A DNA stretch of 64,000 nucleotides from Myxococcota bacterium (lineage in GTDB: Bacteria > Myxococcota_A > UBA9042 > PHBI01 > JAWLBL01). The stretch lies in NCBI GenBank assembly GCA_041687695.1, contig JAWLBL010000004.1, positions 192,001-256,000 on the forward strand. Direction: 5' to 3'. Below, piece after piece: positions 47,600-58,313 of this stretch (position 1 is its first letter; every line of letters begins with the position of its first letter). The translations under genes and the position numbers were made by a program. The notes beneath the pieces were generated by a model that was given only the letters and a program-made list of their open reading frames with translations, was not told the origin of the DNA and did not search any database.

Positions 47600-48154
47600 T
47601 CAGTTGAGCTTGAAGTCCTTGAGCTTGGACCAGCGCGGGTCGGCGTCCTCGCCGGTGCTCGTCCAGACGGGCGCGTCGGCCTCGTCGGCCTCGTCCTCGG
47701 CGCCCTCCTCGGGGCGGCCGCCGATGACGGGGTAGGGATCCTGGGCGAGGACGATCTCCTCGCGGATGAGCGGCTCGAGATCGATCTCGCGGCCGGCGAA
47801 GGTGTAGGGCTCGTCCTCGACCGCGTCGGCGTCGAGGCCGTCCCCGAGGTTCATGGCGTGGCGGCCGGCGGGCTGGAACAGCTCGCTGACGCGCGCGTCG
47901 ACGGACAGGGTCCCGGGCTCGAGCGTGCGGCTGCACGCGAAGCTGAGCTCGACCTGCAGGCGGCCCTCGACGAAGAGGTTGTCGCCCATGCGACGCACGT
48001 CGAGGGCCACGCGGAGCGGCCCGGTCGCCTTGTACGGCGGCAGGAGCGACTCGGCGAGCCAGTCGACGCCGAGCTCGCCGCGGACGGGCTTGCCGGCGTC
48101 GGGGATCTCGTCCACGTTGAGGACGAGCGAGATGCGGGGATCCTGTGACTTCAT
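47600..48154 (-). CDS. YceD/DUF177 family protein
   Basis: CSRTLEP, IDLEPLIREEI and DPRWSKL; directly upstream of rpmF. Confidence 0.88.
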   Translation of the reverse strand: MKSQDPRISLVLNVDEIPDAGKPVRGELGVDWLAESLLPPYKATGPLRVALDVRRMGDNLFVEGRLQVELSFACSRTLEPGTLSVDARVSELFQPAGRHAMNLGDGLDADAVEDEPYTFAGREIDLEPLIREEIVLAQDPYPVIGGRPEEGAEDEADEADAPVWTSTGEDADPRWSKLKDFKLN

Positions 48155-48323
48155 GGCCTCGTGACCTCATCCAGAGCCCGCGCGCGGCGGGTCCCCCCGG
48201 ATGCTAGAGGGGCGGGACTATAGGGATGGCCCCGGCGGCGGTCAATGCTTCGATTGCGTCCTCATCGCGTGTCCGGCGCGGCGGGCAAGGGGCCGGTCGA
48301 CGGGGCCGAGAGCGCGGCCGGTT

Positions 48324-48508
48324 CCGAGGCCGAGGCCGGGTCCGTGGCCGGTTGCCGTGGCCGAGGCGGTGGCGGTGGCCGAGGCCGGGTCCGTGGCCGA
48401 GGCGGTGGCGGTGGCGGTGGCCGAGGCCGGGGCCGTGGCCGAGGCGGTGGCGGTGGCCGAGGCCGAGGCCGTGGCCGTGGCGGTGGCCGTGGTCGTGGCC
48501 GTGGCGGA
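48324..48508. repeat. Low-complexity hexamer array (GCCGTG/GCCGAG/GCGGTG)
   Basis: About 185 bp of near-continuous GCSGWG-type hexamers in a divergent intergenic region. Confidence 0.85.
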
Positions 48509-48647
48509 GCGGTTCGCTCGGACGCGGCGGATCCGGTCCGGAGGGCCGGCGCGCTTCCTTGCAATCGGGCCGGGGCGGTCGCAAAGTGCGGACCACGCCC
48601 GACCTGCCACGGGTCGCCGCCGAATGGGCCCATCGTGGGGAGCTTGC

Positions 48648-49391
<744 letters not shown>

Positions 49392-49494
49392 GCCGGCGTA
49401 CGGCGAGTGGGGACGCGGCGCGCGCTCGGACCCGAGCCGCGCCGACGATGCGGTGACCCGGGGCCGACGGGCACGCGCGAGGAGCTGGGTGGCG

Positions 49495-51273
49495 ATGAGG
49501 GTGATGTCGCGAGGCCGGACCGCGCTGGCGGTGGCCCTGGTGCTGTTGGTGGCGGCGTTCGGGATCGGGGTGACCAGCGGCGCGCGCGCCGACGCGTCCA
49601 AGCCCAAGGCGGCCGTGGCGCCGGCCCACCCCGACGGGCCGGGGATCGCGTGCTCCAGCCCGCAGGACGCCGTCCGGGGCCTGCTGCACTGGCTCCAGCC
49701 CGAGACCTTCGAGCCCGGCAAGGCGGCGCTCTGTCAGGATCGCGGCCGGCTGAAGGCACCCGACGAGGAGGGCCCACGCCTGGCCCGGCAGCTCAAGGAG
49801 ATCCTCGACGCGCGCGGCCTCCGGATCGCCTGGGAGGCGATCCCCAACGACCCCGACCACGTGGACCGCGAGGGGCTGCCCGTCTACGACCTGGTCCCGA
49901 CCCAGATCCAGGGGATCCGCCTCGTCAAGCGCGGCGAGCGATGGCTGTTCTCGGCCGACACGCTGGCCCTGGTCCCGGCGCTGCACGCCGACACCTTCCC
50001 CGCCGACGTCACGCGGCTCATCGACGCCCTGCCGGACTGGGCGCGCGCCTCGCTGTTCCGCGTCCAGGTCTGGCAGTGGCTCGGCCTGGCCTTCCTGGTC
50101 CTGCTCGCCCTCGTCATCCGCCGCCTGGTCGTGCGCGGCGCCGTGCGTTGGCTCTCCCGCGGCGCCTCGCGCCTGCAGCGCCTGGACTGGGTCGAGGACG
50201 CGGCCCGACGCGCCAGCGGTCCCATCGGCGGTCTGGTCCTGGCCGGCGTCGTCTCGTTCGGCCTGCCGCTGCTGCAGCTGCCCATCACCTTGTCGTCCAA
50301 GCTGCGCCTGGGCGCCTTCCTGCTCGCCGCCTTCGGCGTCATCATCCTGGCCTTCCGCGCCATCGATCTCTTCTCCGAGCGCCTGCAGCGCCGCGCCGCC
50401 GCCACCGACAGCCGCCTCGACGACCAGCTCGTCCCCATCATCAAGAAGAGCCTCAAGGTCGTCGTCGGCGTCCTCGGCCTCCTCTCCATCCTCCAGAACC
50501 TCGACGTCGACGTCGACTCGCTCATCGCCACCCTCGGCATCGGCGGCCTCGCCTTCGCCCTCGCCGCCAAGGACACCCTGTCCAACTTCTTCGGCTCGAC
50601 GATGATCTTCATCGACAAGCCCTTTCAGATCGGTGACTTCGTCACCATCGGCGGCAACGTCTCGGGCACGGTCGAGGAGGTCGGCTTCCGCACCTCGCGC
50701 CTGCGCGTCTCCGACGGCTCGCTCATCACCATCCCCAACGCGCGCATGACCGACACCCACGTGCAGAACCTGGGCGCGCGCCCCAACCGCCGCTACGAGT
50801 TCACCGTCGGCCTGACCTACGCGACCACCCCCGAGCAGATGCACGCCTTCTGCGAGGGCGTCGCCGCGCTCATCGAGGCCCACCCAGGCACGCTCAAGGG
50901 CGGCAAGCACCTCGTGCGCTTCGTCGGCTTCGGCGCCTCGTCGCTGGACGTCATGGTCCGCTGCTGGTTCGACACCCGGGACTTCAACGCCGAGCAGAGC
51001 TGCAAGCACCTGCTCAACCTCGAGGTCCTGCGCCTCGTCGAGGCCCTGGGGCTGTCCTTCGCCTTCCCCAGCCAGTCGCTGTACGTCGAGTCGATGCCGC
51101 GCGAGGCCGCGCCCCTGCGCGAGACGCGCGACCCCCTGGCCATCGCCCGCGCGTTCGGGCCGGGCGGCGACCAGAGCCGCTACGACGCCTGGCGCCTGTC
51201 GGGCATGGTCCTGCCAGAGCCGCCCGCAGCGCCGCCGGCCCCAGCCGAGCCCGAGGCCAAGCCCGTCAGCTGA
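49495..51273 (+). CDS. MscS family mechanosensitive channel with a periplasmic N-terminal domain
   Basis: LGIGGLAFALAAKDTLSNFFG, DKPFQIGD, GTVEEVGFR, IPN and FAFPSQ. Confidence 0.92.
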   Translation: MRVMSRGRTALAVALVLLVAAFGIGVTSGARADASKPKAAVAPAHPDGPGIACSSPQDAVRGLLHWLQPETFEPGKAALCQDRGRLKAPDEEGPRLARQLKEILDARGLRIAWEAIPNDPDHVDREGLPVYDLVPTQIQGIRLVKRGERWLFSADTLALVPALHADTFPADVTRLIDALPDWARASLFRVQVWQWLGLAFLVLLALVIRRLVVRGAVRWLSRGASRLQRLDWVEDAARRASGPIGGLVLAGVVSFGLPLLQLPITLSSKLRLGAFLLAAFGVIILAFRAIDLFSERLQRRAAATDSRLDDQLVPIIKKSLKVVVGVLGLLSILQNLDVDVDSLIATLGIGGLAFALAAKDTLSNFFGSTMIFIDKPFQIGDFVTIGGNVSGTVEEVGFRTSRLRVSDGSLITIPNARMTDTHVQNLGARPNRRYEFTVGLTYATTPEQMHAFCEGVAALIEAHPGTLKGGKHLVRFVGFGASSLDVMVRCWFDTRDFNAEQSCKHLLNLEVLRLVEALGLSFAFPSQSLYVESMPREAAPLRETRDPLAIARAFGPGGDQSRYDAWRLSGMVLPEPPAAPPAPAEPEAKPVS

Positions 51274-51295
51274 CCCGCGCCCGGCCGGGCGCCGC

Positions 51296-52147
51296 TCAGC
51301 CCCGGAAGACCCGCACCTTCTTCAGGGTGACCGGGTCCTTCGGGGTCACCGCGCTCTTCTGCCCCGGCCGTGGCGGCAGCTTCTCGCCGCTGGAGATGGT
51401 CCGGACGACGTCCAGATCCTCGCACTTGCCGAAGGCCGTGTACTTCTTGGCCAGGTTCTTGTCCGCGCGCAGCGTGATGAAGAGCTGGCTGCCGTGCGTG
51501 TCGTCGCCCGCGTCGACCATCGCCAGCACGCCCGCCTGCGCGAAGGCGTCGGCGACGCCGGCCTCGCGCGGCACCGTCCAGCCGGGTCCGCCCGTGCCCG
51601 TCGCCGCCGGGTTGCCGGTCTGGATGATGAAGTTGCTGACCGCGCGGTGGAACGTCAGGCCGTCGTAGAACGGCGTCGACATCAGCTCGCGCGTGTCGGG
51701 GTCGCGCCACGGCCGCTGCGCCGTCGCCAGGGCCACGAAGTTGGCCACCGTCTGCGGCGCGGCGTCGGGCGCCAGCGTGCACCGGATGGTGCCGGCCTCG
51801 GTCTCGAAGGCGACCTTCAGATCCGCGCCGGCGCCCTCGACCTTGCCCAGGATGCTGGCGATCTCGGAGTCGCCGTAGGTCACGCGATCGACGCCGCGCG
51901 GGGCGGCCACGGCGCGCTTCTTCGACGCCCCGAAGGCCGAGCGGGGGGAGCGGGCCGGGGCGGCGGGAGCGGCGCGGGGCTTGGCGGCCACCGCGCCGGA
52001 CTGCGCGCGCGCTCGCGCCGCTTCGACCTTGGCCTCGAGGCCGGGGTCCCGGGGCGCCGCGCAGGCGGCGAGGAGGGCGGCCCCCGACAGGGCCACCAAG
52101 GCGGCCCCCGACAGGGCCACCGCGGAGAGTCGGGCTCGCATGGTCAT
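51296..52147 (-). CDS. Cyclophilin-type peptidyl-prolyl isomerase lipoprotein
   Basis: APQTVANFV, FYDGLTFHR, FIIQTG, GSQLFIT and YTAFG; LAAC lipobox; signal peptide contains a duplicated VALSGAAL. Confidence 0.9.
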   Translation of the reverse strand: MTMRARLSAVALSGAALVALSGAALLAACAAPRDPGLEAKVEAARARAQSGAVAAKPRAAPAAPARSPRSAFGASKKRAVAAPRGVDRVTYGDSEIASILGKVEGAGADLKVAFETEAGTIRCTLAPDAAPQTVANFVALATAQRPWRDPDTRELMSTPFYDGLTFHRAVSNFIIQTGNPAATGTGGPGWTVPREAGVADAFAQAGVLAMVDAGDDTHGSQLFITLRADKNLAKKYTAFGKCEDLDVVRTISSGEKLPPRPGQKSAVTPKDPVTLKKVRVFRG

Positions 52148-52257
52148 GGTTCGGGCTCGCGTCGAGGTCACTCGCGGCTCAACCGCGCGGGGCCCGGATG
52201 ATTCCGGCCCGCCGCGGCGCCCGTCAACCTTTGCGCGCCCGGCGTCGGGCCCGTCCG

Positions 52258-54507
52258 TCACGGCAGGAAGAAGGTCGAGTCGTGGCTGCCCGTCGTGAAC
52301 GACCACTCGAACGACCCCGGCGTGCCGTTGCGCGAGTAGTCGATGAGCACCGTGTAGGTCGTGTTCGGGTCGAGCGGCGCGACCGGGTACAGGGCGATGA
52401 CGCCGCAGCACAGGTTCGAGTCGTCCTGCGGGTCGCTGGCCACGTGGACGATGGGCAGCCCGCTGTCGTTGTCGATGATCTCGCTGTTCTTCAGCGACAC
52501 GCCCGCCCAGGCCGTCGCCGACCCGAAGGTCACCGTCAGGATGGGCCCCGACGGGTAGGCCTCGCCCGGGGGCAGGGGCGGCTGCGGGCTCTCGAGGCCG
52601 TCCCACCAGGTCGGGACGTTCTTCATGCCGTCGATGGGGAAGGGCAGGATCTTGCCGTTGGCCTCGGGCTGCGGGTCGTTGTAGCCGCCGAAGTCGGCCG
52701 TGTCGCACTTGTTCAGCGCCTGCTGCGCGGCGCCGTAGCCCATGTGCTTGGCCAGCGGGACGATGAACGGGATGCGGTGGTACAGGGTCGCCACCCAGGC
52801 GTCGACCGACTTCACCGGGTCGTTCACGAAGGCCATGACCTCGAACATCGGCCAGCCCATCGCGCTGGTGTAGCCGGCATAGGTCATGCGGTCGGCGAAG
52901 CTCGCGCCGGTGAACAGCTCGGCGTACTCGGCCGACTCGTTGTGCGGCGAGAACCCCGTCTTGTACAGGGTCTGCGAGTGCTTGACGTAGTACTTGCAGT
53001 GGTTCTCGGCCGCCACGGCGATGGGCTCGCTGGGCACCAGCGGCGGCAGCTTCATCAGCGCCCGGTACTCGTTGGCGCGGTCGACCGCCAGGACGCCGCA
53101 GCCGTCGGGCGACACGACGTGCTTGCACTCGCCGGTCACGCCATCGCAGCTGTCGAGCGTGCACGGATCCCCGTCGCTGCAGGTCGCCGGCGTGCCCACG
53201 CAGCTGCCCTTCGAGCAGGTGTCGCCCGTCGTGCAAGGGTCCTCGTCGCTGCAGGCCTTGCCGTTGACGTCCGTCATCGCGCACTGCCCGGTCTCGGGCT
53301 GGCACTGGTTGGTCCGGCAGACCGTGTCGGCGCTGCCGTCGCACGCCTTCGGGGTGCCCTTGCACTTGCCGGCCGCGCACACGTCACCGGTCGTGCAGAG
53401 GCTGCCGTCGTCGCACCCCTTGGTGTTCGGCGTGAAGGTGCACCCGGTCGCCCCCGAGCAGCCGTCGTCCGTGCACGGGTTCGCGTCGTCGCACACCTTC
53501 GGCGCCGTCACGCACACCGCGGTGGCCGGCTCGCACACCGACGTCTCGCACGCGTTGCCCGGCACGCACTTGGGCCCACCCGCGCACGTCCCCTGCGCCG
53601 TGCACGCGTCGCCCACCGTACACTTGTCGCCGTCGTCGCACGCCAGCCCCACCGCCGGCGTGTGGACGCACCCGCCCCCCGGCGCGCAGGTGTCCGTCGT
53701 GCACGGGTTGCCGTCGTCGCAGCCCACCGCCGTCCCCAGGCACGACCCGTCCGCCTGGCAGGTGTCGTCGCCCGTGCACAGGTTGCCGTCGTTGCACGGC
53801 GCCCCGATCTCCAGCGTCCCCACGCACTCGCCGTCCACGCAGGTGTCGCCCTTGGTGCACGCGTCCACGTCGTCGCACGACCCGGTCCGCGGCAGGTGCA
53901 CGCACCCGACCCCCGGCACCGCCTGCGGGTGCGTCGGGTCGCACGAGTCCGTCGTGCACGGGTTCAGGTCGTTGCACAGGTTCGGCGTCCCCTTGCAGAC
54001 GCCCTCGACGCACTGGTCGTCGATGGTGCAGACGTTGCCGTCGTTGCACCCGGTGTTGCTGACCGGTTGCCCGACGCACGCGCCGTCCACGCACTTGTCG
54101 CTGATGGTGCACACGTCGCCGTCGCTACAGGCCTTGGTGTTGGGCGTGTGCACGCAGCCGACCCCGCTCTGGCAGGCGTCGTCGGTGCAGGGGTTGCCGT
54201 CGTCGCACTTGGCCACCGCGCCCGTGCACACGCCGTCGAGGCAGCGGTCGTTGTCGGTGCAGGGGTCCCCGTCGTCGCACGCGGCCAGCTGCGGCTTGCC
54301 GGCGCACCCGTCGTCGACCGGCCCGCCATCGCCCGAACCGGCCGTGTCGCCCCCGGCCGCGTCACCGCCGCCGACGTCCGCCGCCGCGTCCGGGGTCTTG
54401 GTCCCGTCGCCCGGACCCTCCTCGCCCGACCCGCCGCCGCAGGCCGCCAGCAGCGCCACCAGCGCCAACACGCCCACCCGGGCCCCGAACCCCTGCACGG
54501 TCCTCAT
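52258..54507 (-). CDS. Lipoprotein with many CDDGNPCT.D.C repeats, a CAP domain and an Ig-like C-terminus
   Basis: LAAC lipobox; more than ten C.DG..CT..D.C units; ANEYRA...HCKY...PHNE...WVATLYHR; LDPNTTYTV...WSFTT. Confidence 0.85.
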   Translation of the reverse strand: MRTVQGFGARVGVLALVALLAACGGGSGEEGPGDGTKTPDAAADVGGGDAAGGDTAGSGDGGPVDDGCAGKPQLAACDDGDPCTDNDRCLDGVCTGAVAKCDDGNPCTDDACQSGVGCVHTPNTKACSDGDVCTISDKCVDGACVGQPVSNTGCNDGNVCTIDDQCVEGVCKGTPNLCNDLNPCTTDSCDPTHPQAVPGVGCVHLPRTGSCDDVDACTKGDTCVDGECVGTLEIGAPCNDGNLCTGDDTCQADGSCLGTAVGCDDGNPCTTDTCAPGGGCVHTPAVGLACDDGDKCTVGDACTAQGTCAGGPKCVPGNACETSVCEPATAVCVTAPKVCDDANPCTDDGCSGATGCTFTPNTKGCDDGSLCTTGDVCAAGKCKGTPKACDGSADTVCRTNQCQPETGQCAMTDVNGKACSDEDPCTTGDTCSKGSCVGTPATCSDGDPCTLDSCDGVTGECKHVVSPDGCGVLAVDRANEYRALMKLPPLVPSEPIAVAAENHCKYYVKHSQTLYKTGFSPHNESAEYAELFTGASFADRMTYAGYTSAMGWPMFEVMAFVNDPVKSVDAWVATLYHRIPFIVPLAKHMGYGAAQQALNKCDTADFGGYNDPQPEANGKILPFPIDGMKNVPTWWDGLESPQPPLPPGEAYPSGPILTVTFGSATAWAGVSLKNSEIIDNDSGLPIVHVASDPQDDSNLCCGVIALYPVAPLDPNTTYTVLIDYSRNGTPGSFEWSFTTGSHDSTFFLP

Positions 54508-54660
54508 CCTGGCACCACCCTGCTCCGCGACAGCCCCGGCTCGCCGCCCAGGCGGCCCTCGAACCGGCCCACCTTGATAGCGGGCCCCGCCCCGGCAGGC
54601 AAACCCCTTCGCGCGCGTTCGCCTTGCGGCGCCCCGGGGCCGCTGACATGATGCGCGGCC

Positions 54661-55227
54661 ATGTCGTCCGCTCGCCTCGCGCTCGCCGCCCTCGCCGCTC
54701 CCCTGCTCTGTGCCCTGGCCGCGGCCGGCTGCGAGCTGCCCCAGGACAAAAAGGGCAACCCCACGGACGCCTCCGAGGACGGCGCCGACACCAAGGGCGG
54801 CGCGCCGCGCGACTTCCGGCTGCTGCGCATCGTCGATCTGGGCGGCACCACCGACGAGGCCGCGCCCGGCGCGGACATCGACGCCATCGTCGTCTTCCGC
54901 GACGAGGTCTTCCTGGCGGCCGGCTGCACGCAGGCCACGCTCTTCGGCGCCGACCTCGATCTCCACGGCGGCAACCCGCTCCTCGACCCGGCCGGCGCGA
55001 CCCTCACCGTGCGCGAGCAGTCGACCAAGGGCGGCTTCGTCAGCCTGGGCAAGGGGACCCTGCTCTGCGAGCTGCCGGTCCTCGTCCGCACCGGCGACGT
55101 CATCGCCGTCTGGGAGGCCGAGGGCGACGGGCGCGACCGCTGGCGCGCGGGCGTGGCCGCCTCGGCCGACGACAGCTTCGAGACCATCGGCGACTTCGAG
55201 GGCACCGCCAGCTTCGTCGTGCCCTGA
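54661..55227 (+). CDS. Hypothetical lipoprotein
   Basis: AAGC lipobox; PGADIDAI and FVSLG motifs. Confidence 0.7.
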   Translation: MSSARLALAALAAPLLCALAAAGCELPQDKKGNPTDASEDGADTKGGAPRDFRLLRIVDLGGTTDEAAPGADIDAIVVFRDEVFLAAGCTQATLFGADLDLHGGNPLLDPAGATLTVREQSTKGGFVSLGKGTLLCELPVLVRTGDVIAVWEAEGDGRDRWRAGVAASADDSFETIGDFEGTASFVVP

Positions 55228-55361
55228 ACCCGCCCCTCCGCCGACCTCGACGTAACCCCGGCTGAACCTTGGCGGGGTTCGGCGCGTTGTGGTACAGCCC
55301 GCGGACCCTGCGCGGCGGCCCGACTTGTGGCACGACGCGTCACCGTCAGAGGATGCACTCC

Positions 55362-57365
55362 ATGGCCCGGACCCCGTCGAGATCCCAATTCGTCCCCAAG
55401 CACCTCGCGATCATCGGCGGCGTCGCCGCCCTGGTCGTCGGCGTCGTCGCCGGCCGCGTGACGGCCCCCAAGCCCGGCGACGCCGGCCCCGAGCTGGTCG
55501 GCCCCGCCGGCGACGGCTCGATGGGCGGCGGCACCTACACCGAGAAGAAGGTCGAGCTCGAGGCCTCGCCCTACAAGGGCCCCGAGGACGCGCCCGTCGT
55601 GATCTACGAGATCAGCGAGTTCCAGTGCCCCTTCTGCTCGCGGGTCGGCCCGACCATCGATCAGATTGCGCAGACCTGGCCCAACGACGTGCGCATCGTC
55701 TTCAAGCACAACCCGCTGAGCTTCCACAAGGAGGCCCGCCTCGCCGCGATCGCCTCGATGGCGGCGGCGCGCCAGGGGCACTTCTGGAAGTACCACGACA
55801 CGCTCTTCGCCAACCAGAAGGCCCTCAAGAAGGACGACCTCATCAAGTACGCGACCGATCTGGGGATGGACATCGAGCAGTTCAAGAAGGACCTCGACGA
55901 CCCCAAGCTCGCCCAGAAGGTCGACAGCGATCAGGCCGCCGCGGTGGCGGTCGGCGCCACCGGCACGCCGGCCTTCTTCGTCAACGGCGTGAACCTGTCG
56001 GGCGCCAAGCCCTTCGAAGAGTTCAAGGCCGAGATCGAAAAGCAGCTCGAGAAGGCCAAGGCCCTCGAGGCGCAGGGCGTCGAGCGCAAGGCCATCGCCC
56101 GCCGGCTGACGGCCCAGAACGGCGCGTCGCAGGTCCTCAAGTACATCGTCGACGAGGTCCCGGCGCCCAAGGTCGAGCAGAAGGCCGCGGCGGCCCCCGG
56201 CGACGACACCAAGACCGTGTGGAAGGTGCCGGTCGACGTCGACAAGGACGGCCTCAAGGGGCCCAAGCACGCGCTGGTGACCATCGTCGAGTTCAGCGAG
56301 TTCCAGTGCCCCTTCTGCGCCAAGGTCCTGCCGACCCTCAAGCAGATCGAGGAGGCGTACGGCGACAAGGTCCGCGTCGTCTTCAAGCACAACCCGCTGT
56401 CCTTCCACCCCGACGCCCCGCTGGCGGCGCAGGCGGCGCTGGCGGCTCGCGCCCAGGGCAAGTTCTGGGAGATGCACGATCTGCTCTTCCAGGACACCCA
56501 GAAGCTCAAGCGCCCCGACCTCGAGGCCTACGCCGAGGAGCTCGGCCTGGACATGGCCGCCTTCAACAAGGCGCTGGACGAGGGCACCTACAAGGACCAG
56601 GTCGCCGCCGACCAGGCCATCGCCGAGGCCGTGCAGGCCCAGGGCACCCCGAACTTCTTCGTCAACGGGCGCAAGCTCACCGGCGCCAAGCCCTTCGAGG
56701 ACTTCAAGGAGGTCATCGACGAGGAGATCGCCAAGAGCGAGAAGCTCGTCGCCGGCGGCACCTCGATGGAGGCGCTGTACGACCGCATCATCAAGAACGG
56801 CAAGATCTTCAACCCGCTCGACGACAAGGTGGTCGCCATCGACACCAAGGGCGCGGCCTCGCTGGGCAAAGAGAACGCCCGCATCACCATCGTCGAGTAC
56901 AGCGACTTCGAGTGCCCGTTCTGCAGCCGCGTGGGCGACCCGCTCAAGCAGCTGATGAAGAAGTACCCGGACGACGTGCGCATCGTCTTCAAGCACTTCC
57001 CGCTGAACTTCCACAAGAAGGCGCAGAAGGCGTCGGAGGCCTCGCTGGCCGCCAACGCCCAGGGGCGCTTTTGGGACATGCACGACATCATGTTCCAGAA
57101 CCAGAAGGCGCTCGACGTCGACAAGCTGCACCTGTACGCCGAGCAGCTCGGCCTGGATCTGGCCAAGTTCAAGGCGGAGCTGGACGGCAACAAGTACGCC
57201 GACCAGGTCAAGGCCGACATCGCCGAGGGCAACCGCATCGGCGTGCGCGGCACCCCCAGCGTCTTCATCAACGGCCGCAAGTACTCGCCCAGCGGCGGCT
57301 ACACGGTCGAGTCGCTCGAGAAGCTGCTCGCCAAGGAGTTCGGGCTTTCGGCCTCGGCCAAGTAG
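55362..57365 (+). CDS. Membrane-anchored protein with three DsbA/thioredoxin-like domains
   Basis: Three (E/D)F.CPFC motifs, each followed by FKH.PL.FH and GTP.FF/VF.NG. Confidence 0.92.
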   Translation: MARTPSRSQFVPKHLAIIGGVAALVVGVVAGRVTAPKPGDAGPELVGPAGDGSMGGGTYTEKKVELEASPYKGPEDAPVVIYEISEFQCPFCSRVGPTIDQIAQTWPNDVRIVFKHNPLSFHKEARLAAIASMAAARQGHFWKYHDTLFANQKALKKDDLIKYATDLGMDIEQFKKDLDDPKLAQKVDSDQAAAVAVGATGTPAFFVNGVNLSGAKPFEEFKAEIEKQLEKAKALEAQGVERKAIARRLTAQNGASQVLKYIVDEVPAPKVEQKAAAAPGDDTKTVWKVPVDVDKDGLKGPKHALVTIVEFSEFQCPFCAKVLPTLKQIEEAYGDKVRVVFKHNPLSFHPDAPLAAQAALAARAQGKFWEMHDLLFQDTQKLKRPDLEAYAEELGLDMAAFNKALDEGTYKDQVAADQAIAEAVQAQGTPNFFVNGRKLTGAKPFEDFKEVIDEEIAKSEKLVAGGTSMEALYDRIIKNGKIFNPLDDKVVAIDTKGAASLGKENARITIVEYSDFECPFCSRVGDPLKQLMKKYPDDVRIVFKHFPLNFHKKAQKASEASLAANAQGRFWDMHDIMFQNQKALDVDKLHLYAEQLGLDLAKFKAELDGNKYADQVKADIAEGNRIGVRGTPSVFINGRKYSPSGGYTVESLEKLLAKEFGLSASAK

Positions 57366-57481
57366 CCTGAACGCCTGAGCTTTCGTTCCGCGCGTCGCGG
57401 CGGGTGGGCCCTCACGGGGTCTGCCCGCCGCGCTCGTGTTTTCGGCGCCCACCTACCCCCTCGTCCCGCAAGGAGCCCCGC

Positions 57482-58306
57482 GTGTCCGACGTCCGCCCCC
57501 TCATCGAGCAGGCCTGGTCCGACCGTTCGCTGCTGCAGCGCCCCGACGTCCGCCAGGCCGTCGAGCACGTCATCGACGCCCTCGACCGGGGCGAGCTGCG
57601 GGTGGCCAACCCGCCCGAGGCGGCGGGCGGCGACTGGACGGTCAACGCCTGGGTCAAGCAGGCCGTGCTGCTGTACTTCGGCGTGCAGCAGATGGAGACG
57701 GTAGAGGTCGGGCCCTTCGAGTACCACGACAAGATCCCGCTCAAGCGCGACTACGCGGCCGCGGGCGTGCGCGTGGTCCCGCCGGCGGTGGCGCGGCGCG
57801 GGGCGTTCATCGAGCGCGGCGCCATCCTGATGCCGTCCTACGTCAACATCGGCGCCTGGGTCGGCTCGGGCACCATGGTCGACACCTGGGCGACGGTTGG
57901 CTCCTGCGCCCAGATCGGCCGCAACGTGCACCTGTCGGGCGGCGTCGGCATCGGCGGGGTGCTCGAGCCCCCCAGCGCGACCCCGGTCATCGTCGAGGAC
58001 GGCGCCTTCGTCGGCAGCCGCTGCATCGTGGTCGAGGGCGTGCGCGTCGGCGCCGAGGCGGTCCTGGGCGCGGGCGTGGTGCTGACCGCCTCGACCCGCA
58101 TCATCGACGTGTCCGGCCCCGAGCCGCGCGAGCACCGCGGCCAGGTCCCCGCGCGCGCCGTGGTCATCCCGGGCAGCATCCCCAAGGACTTCCCCGCGGG
58201 CAGCTACCACGTCCCGGCGGCGCTCATCATCGGGCAACGCAAAGAGAGCACCGACAAGAAGACCAGCCTCAACGACGCGCTGCGCGACTTCGGCGTCAGC
58301 GTCTGA
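57482..58306 (+). CDS. dapD: Tetrahydrodipicolinate N-succinyltransferase
   Basis: WVKQAVLLYF, DKIPLK, RVVPPA, MVDTWATVGSCAQIG and GGVLEP; AAGGAG SD before GTG. Confidence 0.96.
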   Translation: MSDVRPLIEQAWSDRSLLQRPDVRQAVEHVIDALDRGELRVANPPEAAGGDWTVNAWVKQAVLLYFGVQQMETVEVGPFEYHDKIPLKRDYAAAGVRVVPPAVARRGAFIERGAILMPSYVNIGAWVGSGTMVDTWATVGSCAQIGRNVHLSGGVGIGGVLEPPSATPVIVEDGAFVGSRCIVVEGVRVGAEAVLGAGVVLTASTRIIDVSGPEPREHRGQVPARAVVIPGSIPKDFPAGSYHVPAALIIGQRKESTDKKTSLNDALRDFGVSV

Positions 58307-58313
58307 GGCCGCG

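Noticed and set aside
48201..48647. N-terminal AVAEAV extension of the 48648 gene
   Set aside because: Produced by the hexamer repeat; a good SD precedes ATG 48648.
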